Shown piece after piece: positions 50,014-59,542 of a stretch of DNA of 64,000 nucleotides. The notes beneath the pieces are model-generated. The model did no database searches, was not told the origin of the DNA, and worked only from the letters and a program-made list of their open reading frames with translations. Where the stretch lies: the NCBI GenBank assembly GCA_963778655.1, contig CAVZVA010000009.1, forward strand, positions 480,001 through 544,000, read 5' to 3'. How positions within the stretch are numbered: the first letter of the stretch is position 1; every line of letters starts with the position of its first letter. The stretch comes from an uncultured delta proteobacterium. Its GTDB lineage: Bacteria > Myxococcota_A > Polyangia > Polyangiales > JAFGIB01. The position numbers and the translations under genes are program-made.

Positions 50014-51054
50014 ATGATGAAAGCCTTTCAATTGACCGGCTGGCAAAAGACGCCGGAGCTGCGCGACGTCGCCGAGCCGCGCCCCGGGTCGGGTGAGGTG
50101 CTGCTGCGCGTCACCGCGGCCGGTGCCTGCCATTCGGATCTGCACCTGATGGACTGGCCGGCGGGCATGCTGCCGTGGAAGCTGCCGTTCACGCTCGGAC
50201 ACGAGACCGTGGGCATCGTCGAGGAGCTGGGGCCGGGGGTCGAGGGAATCGCAAAGGGCATGGCGTACGCGGTGTACGGGCCATGGGGCTGCGGCAGCTG
50301 CCGTCCGTGCCGCCTCGGGCGCGAGAACTACTGCGACCACGCCGCGGAGCTGGGGGCGGCCGGTGCCGGGCTCGGGCGCAACGGCGGGATGGCCGAGTAC
50401 ATGCTGGTTCCCTCCGCGCGCTGGCTCGTGCCCATCGGCGGCCTCGACCCGGTGCAGGCGGCACCGCTGGGGGACGCCGCGCTGACGCCCTACCACGCCA
50501 TCAAGCGCGCCCTGCCGCGCATCGAGCCCGGCGCCGCCATCGTGGTCATCGGCGTCGGAGGCCTCGGACACATGGCGCTGCAGTTGCTGAACGCGCTCAC
50601 CGCCGCGCGCGTCATCGCAGTGGACACCGCCGAGGACAAGCTCGAGCTCGCCCGCACGCTCGGCGCGCACGCCACGCTCAAGCCCTCGGGCAACGCCGGC
50701 GCGGCGTTGCGCGAGCTGACCGGCGGCCGGGGCGCCGCGCTGGTGCTCGACTGCGTCGGCAGCGAGGCGACGCTCGCGTTCGGCGCGCAGGCGTTGCGCG
50801 CGGAGGGGCAGCTCACCGTGATCGGGCTTGCGATGGGCACGCTGCCGCTCAACTTCTTCGCCGTGCCGTACGGCGCGTCGGTGTCGACCAGCTACTGGGG
50901 CACGCTCCCGGAGCTGATGGAGGTGCTGAGCCTGGCCGAAGCCGGCGCGATTCGCGTGCACACCGAATCCTTTCCGCTGGACGAGGCGCTCGCGACCTAC
51001 GGGCGGCTGCGCTCCGGCCAGATCAGCGGCCGCGCCGTGATCGTTCCGCGCTGA
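50014..51054 (+). CDS. Zn-dependent NAD(P) alcohol dehydrogenase
   Basis: CHSDLH, GHE, CGSCRPC..G.ENYC and GVGGLGH motifs. Confidence 0.93.
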   Translation: MMKAFQLTGWQKTPELRDVAEPRPGSGEVLLRVTAAGACHSDLHLMDWPAGMLPWKLPFTLGHETVGIVEELGPGVEGIAKGMAYAVYGPWGCGSCRPCRLGRENYCDHAAELGAAGAGLGRNGGMAEYMLVPSARWLVPIGGLDPVQAAPLGDAALTPYHAIKRALPRIEPGAAIVVIGVGGLGHMALQLLNALTAARVIAVDTAEDKLELARTLGAHATLKPSGNAGAALRELTGGRGAALVLDCVGSEATLAFGAQALRAEGQLTVIGLAMGTLPLNFFAVPYGASVSTSYWGTLPELMEVLSLAEAGAIRVHTESFPLDEALATYGRLRSGQISGRAVIVPR

Positions 51055-51072
51055 GCGCGCGGCTACGAGTCG

Positions 51073-54000
51073 TCAGCACGCCGTTCCGCCGTCGGGCAGC
51101 GTGTCCGGCGCGTTGCAGCCGCACGCTCCGGGCGCGGTCTTGTCCGGGTCGGTCGGGCACTTGTCATTGCAGTCGGGCGTGCCGTCGCTGTCGCTGTCGG
51201 TCGTGCTGTCGGCGACGCCGCAGCCGCAGAGCCCGGGGTCGGTCTTGGCCATGTCGTTCGGGCAGCCGTCCATGCAGTTCGCCGTCCCGTCGCCGTCGGT
51301 GTCGGTATCGGCGACGCCGCAACCGCACACGCCGGGCGCGGTCTTGTCCGGGTCGTCGGGGCAGCCGTCGGGCCGCACCTCGCACACGAACGCGAGCGCG
51401 TCCGTACACGCGCGGGCGTCCCATGCGCCCCCTGAGATCGCGGCGCAGTGCGCGTTGCCGCCGGCGCCGCCGGGCTCTCCGGCCGCCCAGTTGGCATATC
51501 CGGTCGCCATCGCATTGGCCCAGAACTGCGTGCTGTCGTCGGCCCAGCGCCAGGTTCCGGCCGCGGCGCTGTCGCTGCCGCCGAGCCAGGCGTCGGCGCT
51601 CAGGTGCGACTGCACGAACGCGTTCTCGCCCGAATCCCCGATGTCGACCAGGTCGCCGAGCAGTTGCTGCCGGCAATGCGCCTGCGCGTCGCTCCAGCTG
51701 CGCGTGGCGGTGCAGAAGAAGTACTCGTGGCCGCCGTAGCTCTCGCGGGTGCAGCTGGGGTCCGGCAGGCACGGACCGAGACCGCCATTCGCGGGCGGGC
51801 TCACGTTGCGCTCGCAGCCGTTGGCGACGTCGCCGTCGCAATCGTCCCAGCCGCTGTCGCAGCTATCCACCGCGCAGGTTCCGCTGGAACACGAGGGGGT
51901 ACCATTGGTGACCGTGCACGGAACGCCGCAGTCGCCGCAGTCCACCAGCGAGGTGAGCGGCTCGCAGCCGTCGCTGGAATCCCCGTCGCAGTCCTTGAAG
52001 CCCTGATTGCAGCCGGTCAGCGTGCAGGTCCCGCTGCTGCAGTCGGCGCTGCCGTTGGCGCGGGCGCAGCTCACGCCACAACCGTGGCAATTGGTCTTGG
52101 TATCGAGCGGCGTCTCACAGCCCGCCGTGCTGTTGCAGTCGCCGTAGCCGTCGTCGCAGCTGTAGCCGCACACGCCGCTACCGCAGGTCGCGCCCGCGAC
52201 ATGGGGATCGGTCGTGCAATCGCGCCCGCACTGGCCGCAGCTCGCGGGGTTGCTGCGCACGTCGACCTCGCAACCGTTGGCAGCCGAGCCGTCGCAATCC
52301 TTGTAATAGGACTGACTGCAGCTTCCGATCGCACACTGATGGTTGCCGGCGCTGCCCGTGCAACTGGGCACCGCGTTCGGCAACATGCATGGCTGGCCGC
52401 AGGCCGTGCAATTGCTGGCCGTGCCGAGCTGGGTCTCGCAGCTCGTGCCGTCGTGGTCGCAATCGGCGCGGTCGGGCGCGCAGTGGTCGACACGGCAGCT
52501 GCCGCTCGCGCAGGTCGGGGTGGCGTTGGCGATTGCACAGCCCATGCCGCACTGCCCGCAATCGCTGAGCGTGGTTAGCGAGGTCTCGCAGCCGTCGCGG
52601 TAGTCGCCGTTGCAGTCGGCCCAACCCGAGTCGCACTGGGCCTCGCAGTGGCCGTCGCTGCAGGCGAGGGTAGGGCTCGCATGAGGCGTGCTGGTCGAGA
52701 GCTCGCAGCTCAGATCGCATGAGCCGCAGTGGTTGGGGTCGGTGAGCAGGTCGACCTCGCACGGCAGTCCGTCCTGGTTGCAGTCGGCGGTGTTGGGATC
52801 CGGGCAGACCACCGCCGAGCAGCGACCGCCGGAGCACACCGGGGCCGATGTTGCGGTGCAGTCGTTGCCGCAACCGCCACAGTGGGTATCGCTGTTGAGC
52901 CGGGTTTCGCAGCCGTCGCTCTCGAGGTCACCGTTGCAGTCGCCGTAGCCGGGGCGGCAACGCACGAATTCGCAGCGTCCGCTCGCGCAAGACATCACGG
53001 CGTTCGGGCGCGAGCACGCTGTGTCGCAACCGCCGCAGTGCGAGTTGGTCCTGGTCGACGTCTCGCAGCCGGTTTCGACGTCGTGGTCGCAATCCGCGAA
53101 GCCGGATGCGCAGGTGGCGTCGCACTGGCCGCCCTCGCAGCTCGCGCTTGCGACATTGGGCAGGGTGTCGTCGCAGACGTGGCCGCAGGCGCCGCAGCTG
53201 GGACTGTGGTCGAGCGACTCGCAGCCGTTGCTGGGGTCGCCGTCGCAGTCGTCGTAGCCGGGCTCGCAGCTTTGCGCCAGACACACTCCGCTGCTGCAGT
53301 CGTCGACCGAGCCGGCGAAATCGCAGGCCTGGCCGCACGCGCCGCAGTCGTCGACCGTCATCAGGGATTGCTCGCAGCCGTCGTCCGGCGTGCGGTTGCA
53401 GTCGCCGTAGTCGGTGAAGCAGGTGCCGACCCCGCAGGAGCCGAGCTCGCAGCTGGCCGTACCGTTGGCCACGTCGGCGTCGCTGCAGTGAAGGCCGCAA
53501 CCTGCGCAGTTGTCGAGGCTGGTGGTCGAGGTCTCGCAGTCGTTCGGGTTGTCGTCGCAGTCCGCGAACGAATCCTGGCAGCCCGTCGGCACGCACTGAC
53601 CGTCGACGCAGGCCGAGATCGCGTGCGGCAGCGCGCAGTGGTTTCCGCAGGTGCCGCAATTGTCGGGATCGTCGGGTCGCACCTCGCAGCCGGTAGCCGG
53701 ATCGTGGTCGCAGTCGCGATAGCCGTCCTCACACTCGACGATCAAGCAACCTCCACGGCTGCACGCCGCCACCGCGTGCTCGAGCACGCAACTGGCGTCC
53801 AGCTCCTCATCGACCATGCCGTCGCAATCGTCATCCTCGCCGTTGCAGACTTCCGGGCAGATGGTGGGACAGGATGCGTTCTCCTTATCAGGGTTCGGTA
53901 CACAGGGACTCGCGGTGGCGTCGACGCCCGAGCTCGCGGCTGCGCCGAAGCCCACGCGACGATCGGGCGTGGCGTTGCCGGTAGCCGCTGCGGCGTCGCC

Positions 54001-54174
54001 CGGCACGGCGGCGTCCCGCAGGTACGCGCGATCGCCGACCGCTGCGCTGGCTTCCGTGTTGCCCCCGTCGGAAGGCGGCGATCGCCGGAGCGCGCCGGCG
54101 TCGTAGGCGTTACAAGCGACGAGCCAGACGCAGGCGGCAACAACCTGCCACATATGAGGCGAACAACTGCCCAT
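51073..54174 (-). CDS. Large Cys-rich repeat lipoprotein with C-type lectin domain and thrombospondin type-3-like repeats
   Basis: Lipobox LVAC; EVCNGEDDDCDGMVDE motif; about 12 CE..L...NCG.CG..C repeats; lectin motifs SWSDAQAHC, WLGG, NW..GEP and FVCE; three CP.DP.KT.PG.CGC repeats. Confidence 0.87.
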   Translation of the reverse strand: MGSCSPHMWQVVAACVWLVACNAYDAGALRRSPPSDGGNTEASAAVGDRAYLRDAAVPGDAAAATGNATPDRRVGFGAAASSGVDATASPCVPNPDKENASCPTICPEVCNGEDDDCDGMVDEELDASCVLEHAVAACSRGGCLIVECEDGYRDCDHDPATGCEVRPDDPDNCGTCGNHCALPHAISACVDGQCVPTGCQDSFADCDDNPNDCETSTTSLDNCAGCGLHCSDADVANGTASCELGSCGVGTCFTDYGDCNRTPDDGCEQSLMTVDDCGACGQACDFAGSVDDCSSGVCLAQSCEPGYDDCDGDPSNGCESLDHSPSCGACGHVCDDTLPNVASASCEGGQCDATCASGFADCDHDVETGCETSTRTNSHCGGCDTACSRPNAVMSCASGRCEFVRCRPGYGDCNGDLESDGCETRLNSDTHCGGCGNDCTATSAPVCSGGRCSAVVCPDPNTADCNQDGLPCEVDLLTDPNHCGSCDLSCELSTSTPHASPTLACSDGHCEAQCDSGWADCNGDYRDGCETSLTTLSDCGQCGMGCAIANATPTCASGSCRVDHCAPDRADCDHDGTSCETQLGTASNCTACGQPCMLPNAVPSCTGSAGNHQCAIGSCSQSYYKDCDGSAANGCEVDVRSNPASCGQCGRDCTTDPHVAGATCGSGVCGYSCDDGYGDCNSTAGCETPLDTKTNCHGCGVSCARANGSADCSSGTCTLTGCNQGFKDCDGDSSDGCEPLTSLVDCGDCGVPCTVTNGTPSCSSGTCAVDSCDSGWDDCDGDVANGCERNVSPPANGGLGPCLPDPSCTRESYGGHEYFFCTATRSWSDAQAHCRQQLLGDLVDIGDSGENAFVQSHLSADAWLGGSDSAAAGTWRWADDSTQFWANAMATGYANWAAGEPGGAGGNAHCAAISGGAWDARACTDALAFVCEVRPDGCPDDPDKTAPGVCGCGVADTDTDGDGTANCMDGCPNDMAKTDPGLCGCGVADSTTDSDSDGTPDCNDKCPTDPDKTAPGACGCNAPDTLPDGGTAC

Positions 54175-54646
54175 CGGAACCGCGCGCGAGTATGCGAGCG
54201 CCGGAGCAGTGGATCCACAAAGAGGATCCGAAAGCAACGCTCGATCGTGCCGTGTTTCGACATGATGACGTGCGTCGGTGTGTCGCCGCGTGACAACACG
54301 GAGGTTGTGCCACCAATGTCGGGGGCTCCAAACTGGGCAAAATGCAGGCATGCGTTCGTGGGTTCGCACGTGCTCGCGAGCAGCGCGCGATCGATCGATG
54401 ACGAATCCATGACCACTTCTCGGCGATGGCCAGCCCGCGACCGAGCGGCGGGCGGGGCGCACGCGTTGAAGGCGCTTTCATCTGCGCGGGCGCCGGCGAT
54501 TCACTTGGCCGCGGGTGCGCGCCGCTCGACTCCGCATCGCGGCGAACGACAGCCCGCGGTCGAGCTGGCAGCTCGCGGCCGCGGTGCACCGGCAGGTAGC
54601 GCAACCTCGCTTCGCGCGCGGCCTCGCTTTTTGCTATGTGAAGGCC

Positions 54647-55759
54647 ATGCCCAAGCACCTTTCCCCCGACCTGCCCGAGCGCGGCGACCGCGTGAGCACG
54701 GCGCTCGATGCGGTCTACAACTGGTCCTACGACAGCGAGATCGAGGAGCTACGCAACCTCTATATCAAGGGGCTGAACCTGCAGTGGATCGCCTCGCAGG
54801 ACCTCCCCTGGGAGCAGGAGATCGACCGCGAGGCGTTTGCGCAGACGTTCTCCATCGGCGGGCTGCCGATCCAGGAGACCGCGTTCTGGGCAGCGCTCGC
54901 GCCCGAGAAGCGCTGGGAGATCGCGCGGCGCGGGGCCGCCTTCACGCTGTCGAACTTCCTGCACGGCGAGCAGGGTGCGCTGATGGTGGCCTCGCAGCTG
55001 GTGAACGCGGTGCCGCACATGGACGGCAAGTTCTATGCGGCCACGCAGACGCTGGACGAGGCCCGTCACGTCGAGGTGTTCGCGCGCTACATCGAAAAGC
55101 TCGACCATATCTACCCGATCGCGCCTTCGCTGAAGGAGCTTCTCGACAAGACGCTGATGGTCGAGGGCTGGATGCTCAAGGCGGTGGGCATGCAGGTCGT
55201 GGTCGAGGGGCTGGCGCTGTACAGCTTTCGCGACATGCGCGAGACCACGCGCGAGCCGCTGCTCAAGCAGCTCCTGACCTACGTCTCGCGTGACGAGGCA
55301 CGCCACACCGCGTTCGGGATCAAGTACCTGAGCAGCGTGGTGCCCGAGCTCGAGCCCGCGCGCGTGGCGGAGCTGGAGGACTTCGCGTTCGAGGCCACGC
55401 GCATGCTGCTCGACTCGCGTCGCGGCGCCACGCTCAACAGCGCCTTCTTGCAGATGCTGGCCGACGCCGGGGTCGACCCGGAGGAGCTGGCCAAGGGGCT
55501 GCAGCGTGATCAAGACAAGCTGGCGCAGGCGGTGGCCCGGCGCGGCGGGCGGCTCGGGCCGATCAGCGGCTTCGTGGTGCCGACGCTGCGCCGGATCGGG
55601 CTGCTCAGCGAGCGCATCAGCGGTCACTTCCGGGAGATGTTCGACGCCATGCGCATCTCGCTGCCGCCGCCCGCGATGGGCGGGGCGCCGCTCAATCCGC
55701 TCGATGCGCTGGTCGAGCTGCCCGAGGATCTCGACGCCTGGGTCAGCGGGCGCGCCTGA
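54647..55759 (+). CDS. Ferritin-like diiron protein (AurF/aldehyde decarbonylase-like)
   Basis: LHGEQGAL, DEARH, VEGLAL and a second DEARH: paired E...ExxH diiron ligands. Confidence 0.85.
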   Translation: MPKHLSPDLPERGDRVSTALDAVYNWSYDSEIEELRNLYIKGLNLQWIASQDLPWEQEIDREAFAQTFSIGGLPIQETAFWAALAPEKRWEIARRGAAFTLSNFLHGEQGALMVASQLVNAVPHMDGKFYAATQTLDEARHVEVFARYIEKLDHIYPIAPSLKELLDKTLMVEGWMLKAVGMQVVVEGLALYSFRDMRETTREPLLKQLLTYVSRDEARHTAFGIKYLSSVVPELEPARVAELEDFAFEATRMLLDSRRGATLNSAFLQMLADAGVDPEELAKGLQRDQDKLAQAVARRGGRLGPISGFVVPTLRRIGLLSERISGHFREMFDAMRISLPPPAMGGAPLNPLDALVELPEDLDAWVSGRA

Positions 55760-55893
55760 GCGCTCGCGCCGGCACGGCCGGGGCTCAGGCACCGAATTCT
55801 CCAGGCGTCACCTGGAGGCAGCCGTGGCCCTCGAGCATTGGTTGCCAACCCATAGAAAGGAATGGCTTTTGCGGGATCTGCCGGGCGCCGATC

Positions 55894-55911
55894 CGTATTC
55901 TCTAGAATACG
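55894..55911. promoter_or_regulatory. Perfect palindrome CGTATTCT-CT-AGAATACG overlapping a TAGAAT -10-like hexamer
   Basis: 8-2-8 inverted repeat in an AT-rich patch about 55 bp upstream of the TIGR02147-like gene. Confidence 0.6.
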
Positions 55912-55965
55912 ATATCAGAAGTAAGCGCGTGGTGCCGGGTGGCCGCCCATGTCAGCTTGCAACGC

Positions 55966-56862
55966 GTGAGCGCAGAGCCACCCGCGCGGCGACGCAGCCC
56001 GATCGACGTCTTCCGCTACCTCGACTACCGGGCGTTTCTTGCCGATCTCTACCAGGCCAAGAAGCAGCGGGGCTTTTCCTATCGCGCTTTCTCGCGCGCG
56101 GCGGGGCTTGGCGCGCCGAACTACTTGAAGCTGGTGATCGCGGGCCAGCGCAACCTGACCAAGCCGATGGCCAAGCGCTTTGCCGGCGCCTGCGGGCTGC
56201 AAGGCGAAGCGGCCGAGTACTTCGAGCGGCTGGTGGAGTTCAACCAGGCCAGCACGGCGGCCAAGCGCAACGCCAGCTACGAGCAGCTCGGCGCGTTTCG
56301 GCGCTACCGCCAGGCGCAGAAGATCGAGCTCGCGCAGGCGGCCTATCACTCCCGCTGGTACTTGCCCGCCATCCGCGAGCTGTGCGCGAGCCCGGACTTT
56401 CGCGAGGACCCGGAGTGGCTCGCGAAAGTGCTGCTCCCGCCGATCAAGCCCAGTGAGGCCAGGCAGGCGCTCGACCAGTTGCTCGAGCTCGGCCTGCTCG
56501 AACGCGATGCGCGCGGCCGGCTGCGGCAGCACAGCGCGGTGGTGTCGACCGGCCCCGAAACGCGCAACATGAACGTGCGCAACTACCACGCCGAGATGAT
56601 GCACCGGGCCACGCTTGCGATCGAGCTGGTGCCGGCCGCGGAGCGTGACATCTCGTCGCTGACGGTGTGCCTGGACGCCGACGGCCTGGCGCGGCTCAAG
56701 GCGCGCATCCAGGCGTTCCGGCGCGAGCTGATCGAGCTGTGCGAGAGCGAGCCCGGCCGCGCGCAGGTCGTGCAGGTGAATTTTCAGCTGTTTCCCCTGT
56801 CCCTTCGGATTTCGCCGCCTCGGCGCGGCAGGAAAGCTGCCTCGGAGGACCCCCATGCGTGA
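55966..56862 (+). CDS. TIGR02147 (DUF4423) family HTH protein
   Basis: VFRYLDYRAFL, FSYRAFSR.AG, NYLKLVI.G.RNL, WYLPAIREL, ERDISSLT and QVNFQLFPLS motifs. Confidence 0.88.
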   Translation: MSAEPPARRRSPIDVFRYLDYRAFLADLYQAKKQRGFSYRAFSRAAGLGAPNYLKLVIAGQRNLTKPMAKRFAGACGLQGEAAEYFERLVEFNQASTAAKRNASYEQLGAFRRYRQAQKIELAQAAYHSRWYLPAIRELCASPDFREDPEWLAKVLLPPIKPSEARQALDQLLELGLLERDARGRLRQHSAVVSTGPETRNMNVRNYHAEMMHRATLAIELVPAAERDISSLTVCLDADGLARLKARIQAFRRELIELCESEPGRAQVVQVNFQLFPLSLRISPPRRGRKAASEDPHA

Positions 56863-58096
56863 CGTGCTGCGACCGACCATTCGCGTTCTGCTTGCAAGCT
56901 TGTGGTACGCGCTGTGCTGCGCGGCGCTGCCGGGATGCTTCGCATCGCACGGGGGCCCCAAGGACAGCACCGAGACCGGCAATCCGCCGGCGATTGACAG
57001 CAAGCTGCTGTCGCTCGAGGTCAGCGCCGACGAGGTGCACATCGTCGGCGAGAAGGGCGCGGCCAGCCCCGGCGGCAGCACGATCGAGATCACCAACCTG
57101 GCGACCGGCGCGGTGACCAAGGCAAAGAGCGCGGCCGACGGCTCGTTCGACGTGCAGGTCGACGGCTCGCCCGACGAGGCGTTCTCGCTCACCGTGAGCT
57201 CTGGCGGCGCGAGCAGCACGCCGGTCTACGTGGTGCGCGGCGATGCGGTCGTCGGCAGCGGCAGCGACGGCTCGCTGTCGTGTGCGCAGCGCGAACAGCT
57301 GGCGGGCGCGGAGCTGCAGCTTGCGGTGACGAACGCGGACAAGGCGTGCATGGTCGATGCCGATTGCCAGGTCGTGCTCCAGGACATCCACTGCAACACC
57401 AACGCACTCTGTGGGTCCGCAGTCGTGTCCCAGGCAGGGCAACGCGCGATTGCCGCCACCACCGCGGCCATCAACATGGCCCTGTGCAACGGGGAAGGGG
57501 GCTGCACGGCCGTGGCCGCGTCATGCGCGCTCGCTCAGCCGGTGGCAGTCTGCGCCGCCGGGCAATGTCAGGCGATAGGAGGCACACAGAATCCGAGCTC
57601 GCTCTCCTGCGCGGAGCGCGAGCAGATGGCCGGCGACCAGATCGCAGCGGCGATCGCCGCGGCCGACAACAGCTGCACGGCCGACGCCGATTGCGTCGCG
57701 GCCGCGGCGCAGACGGCTTGCCACGACTCGTGCGGACCCGTGGTCACCTCGCAGGCGGGCGCGGCCGCCATCGCGGCCGCCGTCGATCGCATCAACAATG
57801 ACGTATGCGGCAAGTTTTCCGGCGACGGCTGCATCTACACGGTGCTGCCGTGCATGCCGCCCCTGGCCGGCACTCCCGCCTGCATGAGCGGACGGTGCGC
57901 ACTTGCGCAGCCCGGCGCGTGCCCGCCCGACCGCAAGCTGGCCACGATCTGCACCATGTGCGGGCCGGCTGGGGGCTGCGCTTCGACCGTGCAGACCTGC
58001 GCCAAGGTGTGCGGCACCAACGGCGACTGCGCGGGCGACAGCAACGGGCAGTTCTGCAGCGCGCAGCAGGTCTGCGAGCAGGGCGGCTGCATCTGA
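56855..58096 (+). CDS. Cys-rich lipoprotein coupled to the TIGR02147-like gene
   Basis: Lipobox LPGC; TETGNP motif; Ig-like segment; two LSCA.REQ.AG...C..DADC repeats; 8-bp overlap with the upstream gene. Confidence 0.8.
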   Translation: MRDVLRPTIRVLLASLWYALCCAALPGCFASHGGPKDSTETGNPPAIDSKLLSLEVSADEVHIVGEKGAASPGGSTIEITNLATGAVTKAKSAADGSFDVQVDGSPDEAFSLTVSSGGASSTPVYVVRGDAVVGSGSDGSLSCAQREQLAGAELQLAVTNADKACMVDADCQVVLQDIHCNTNALCGSAVVSQAGQRAIAATTAAINMALCNGEGGCTAVAASCALAQPVAVCAAGQCQAIGGTQNPSSLSCAEREQMAGDQIAAAIAAADNSCTADADCVAAAAQTACHDSCGPVVTSQAGAAAIAAAVDRINNDVCGKFSGDGCIYTVLPCMPPLAGTPACMSGRCALAQPGACPPDRKLATICTMCGPAGGCASTVQTCAKVCGTNGDCAGDSNGQFCSAQQVCEQGGCI

Positions 58097-58301
58097 CCGG
58101 TAGTGGCGCGAGCCGTCGCCCATCGCCCGGATGCGGTTCAGGGCAACTTCCGGGCGGTTCGGGGCTGCAGCGCAGCGCCGGCTTGACGCCTGTGCGGCCG
58201 TGACCGAGAGTACTTGCGTCTTGCGGCCGCCGTTGCGCGGAGCGCTCGACCGCCTGCGCTTGGCCGCTACCAACGTCGCAACCACCCGGGCACCCCCGAC
58301 C

Positions 58302-59516
58302 GTGAGCAGCAACGAGATCGAGATCGCGCCGAGCGGCGTCGACTTCCGGCCCCTGCACGAGCGCATGCAGTGGTACGTCGACCAGGGCATTCTCCCCTGT
58401 TGCAGCACGCTGGTGATGAAGGGCACGGAGGTGATCGACTTCCGCGCCTTCGGCTACCTCGATCTCGAGAGCCGGCGGCCGCTCGGGCCGGACTCGATCT
58501 ACCGCATGTACTCCAACACCAAGCTCGTGACCTCGGTCGCGGCCATGATGTTGTTCGAGGCCGGCCGCTTCGGCCTGGACGATCCGCTTTCCGAGTACCT
58601 GCCCGCCTTCGCGCGGCCGCGCGTGCTGAAGCCCGATGCGCAGAGCATCGACGAGGTGGTGGAGGCGGTCGAGCCCATGCGCATGCGGCACGTGCTCAGC
58701 CACAGCGCGGGGCTGTCCTACGGCTTCCTCGAGCCGACCTCGGTCATCGACAGGGCCTACATCGCCGCCGGGCTGGGCGGCGCGCTCTCTTCCGGGACGC
58801 TCGAATCGCTATGCGGCACGCTCGCCAGCTTGCCGCTCGCCTATCAGCCCGGCAGCAGCTGGCGCTACAGCTTTTCGACCGACGTGGTGGCGCGCGTGAT
58901 CGAGGTGCTGTCGGGGCTGCGCTTCGACGCCTTCCTCGAGCGCAATGTGTTCGAGCCGCTGGCCATGCGGGACACGGCGTTCTGGGTTCCGGAGGACAAG
59001 CGCGAACGCTTCACCACCATGTACGCGCCGCTCAACTTTGTCGACCCGATGCGAGGCGGCCTGAGCAAGGCGGACGATGCGCGCAATGGTCTGTTCACCA
59101 AGCCGCCGTCGTTGCTCTCGGGCGGAGGCGGGCTGGTGTCCACGGTGCCCGACTACCTGAGCTTCCTGCGCGCGATCGTGTCCGGTGGAAGCTGGAACGG
59201 TGCGCGCTTGCTCAAGCCCGAGACGCTCGGGCTGATGCGCACGAACCAGCTGGCTCCGAACGTGGGCGTGAAGCTCGCGTTCTGGCCGATGCCGAAGACG
59301 GTGTTCGGGCTCGGGTTTGCGCTCAAGACCGAGCCGGTCGGCGATGAGCCCGCCAGCGTGATCGGCGAGTATCATTGGGGCGGAATGGCCGGTACCCATT
59401 CCTGGATGGCGCCCCGGGTCGGCCTCACCGGGATGTGTCTGACCCAGCTCATGCCGGGCTTCTGGCATCCGTTCAGCCACGACTTCAAGCAGCTCGCCTA
59501 CGCGCTTGCAGGTTGA
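58302..59516 (+). CDS. Serine hydrolase (beta-lactamase class C/esterase family)
   Basis: YSNTK (SxxK), LSHSAGL, WRYS, SGGGGL and WGGMAGT motifs. Confidence 0.92.
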   Translation: MSSNEIEIAPSGVDFRPLHERMQWYVDQGILPCCSTLVMKGTEVIDFRAFGYLDLESRRPLGPDSIYRMYSNTKLVTSVAAMMLFEAGRFGLDDPLSEYLPAFARPRVLKPDAQSIDEVVEAVEPMRMRHVLSHSAGLSYGFLEPTSVIDRAYIAAGLGGALSSGTLESLCGTLASLPLAYQPGSSWRYSFSTDVVARVIEVLSGLRFDAFLERNVFEPLAMRDTAFWVPEDKRERFTTMYAPLNFVDPMRGGLSKADDARNGLFTKPPSLLSGGGGLVSTVPDYLSFLRAIVSGGSWNGARLLKPETLGLMRTNQLAPNVGVKLAFWPMPKTVFGLGFALKTEPVGDEPASVIGEYHWGGMAGTHSWMAPRVGLTGMCLTQLMPGFWHPFSHDFKQLAYALAG

Positions 59517-59542
59517 GCCGGCGCCGCCGTCGTGCCGGCCGC

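Noticed and set aside
51073..54174. Possible additional multiheme cytochrome (many CxxC)
   Set aside because: The CxxC motifs are followed by Gly or Asp rather than His, so this is a disulfide-rich repeat protein.
58302..59516. Antibiotic-resistance beta-lactamase
   Set aside because: No signal peptide, and the motifs fit cytoplasmic family VIII esterase-like serine hydrolases.
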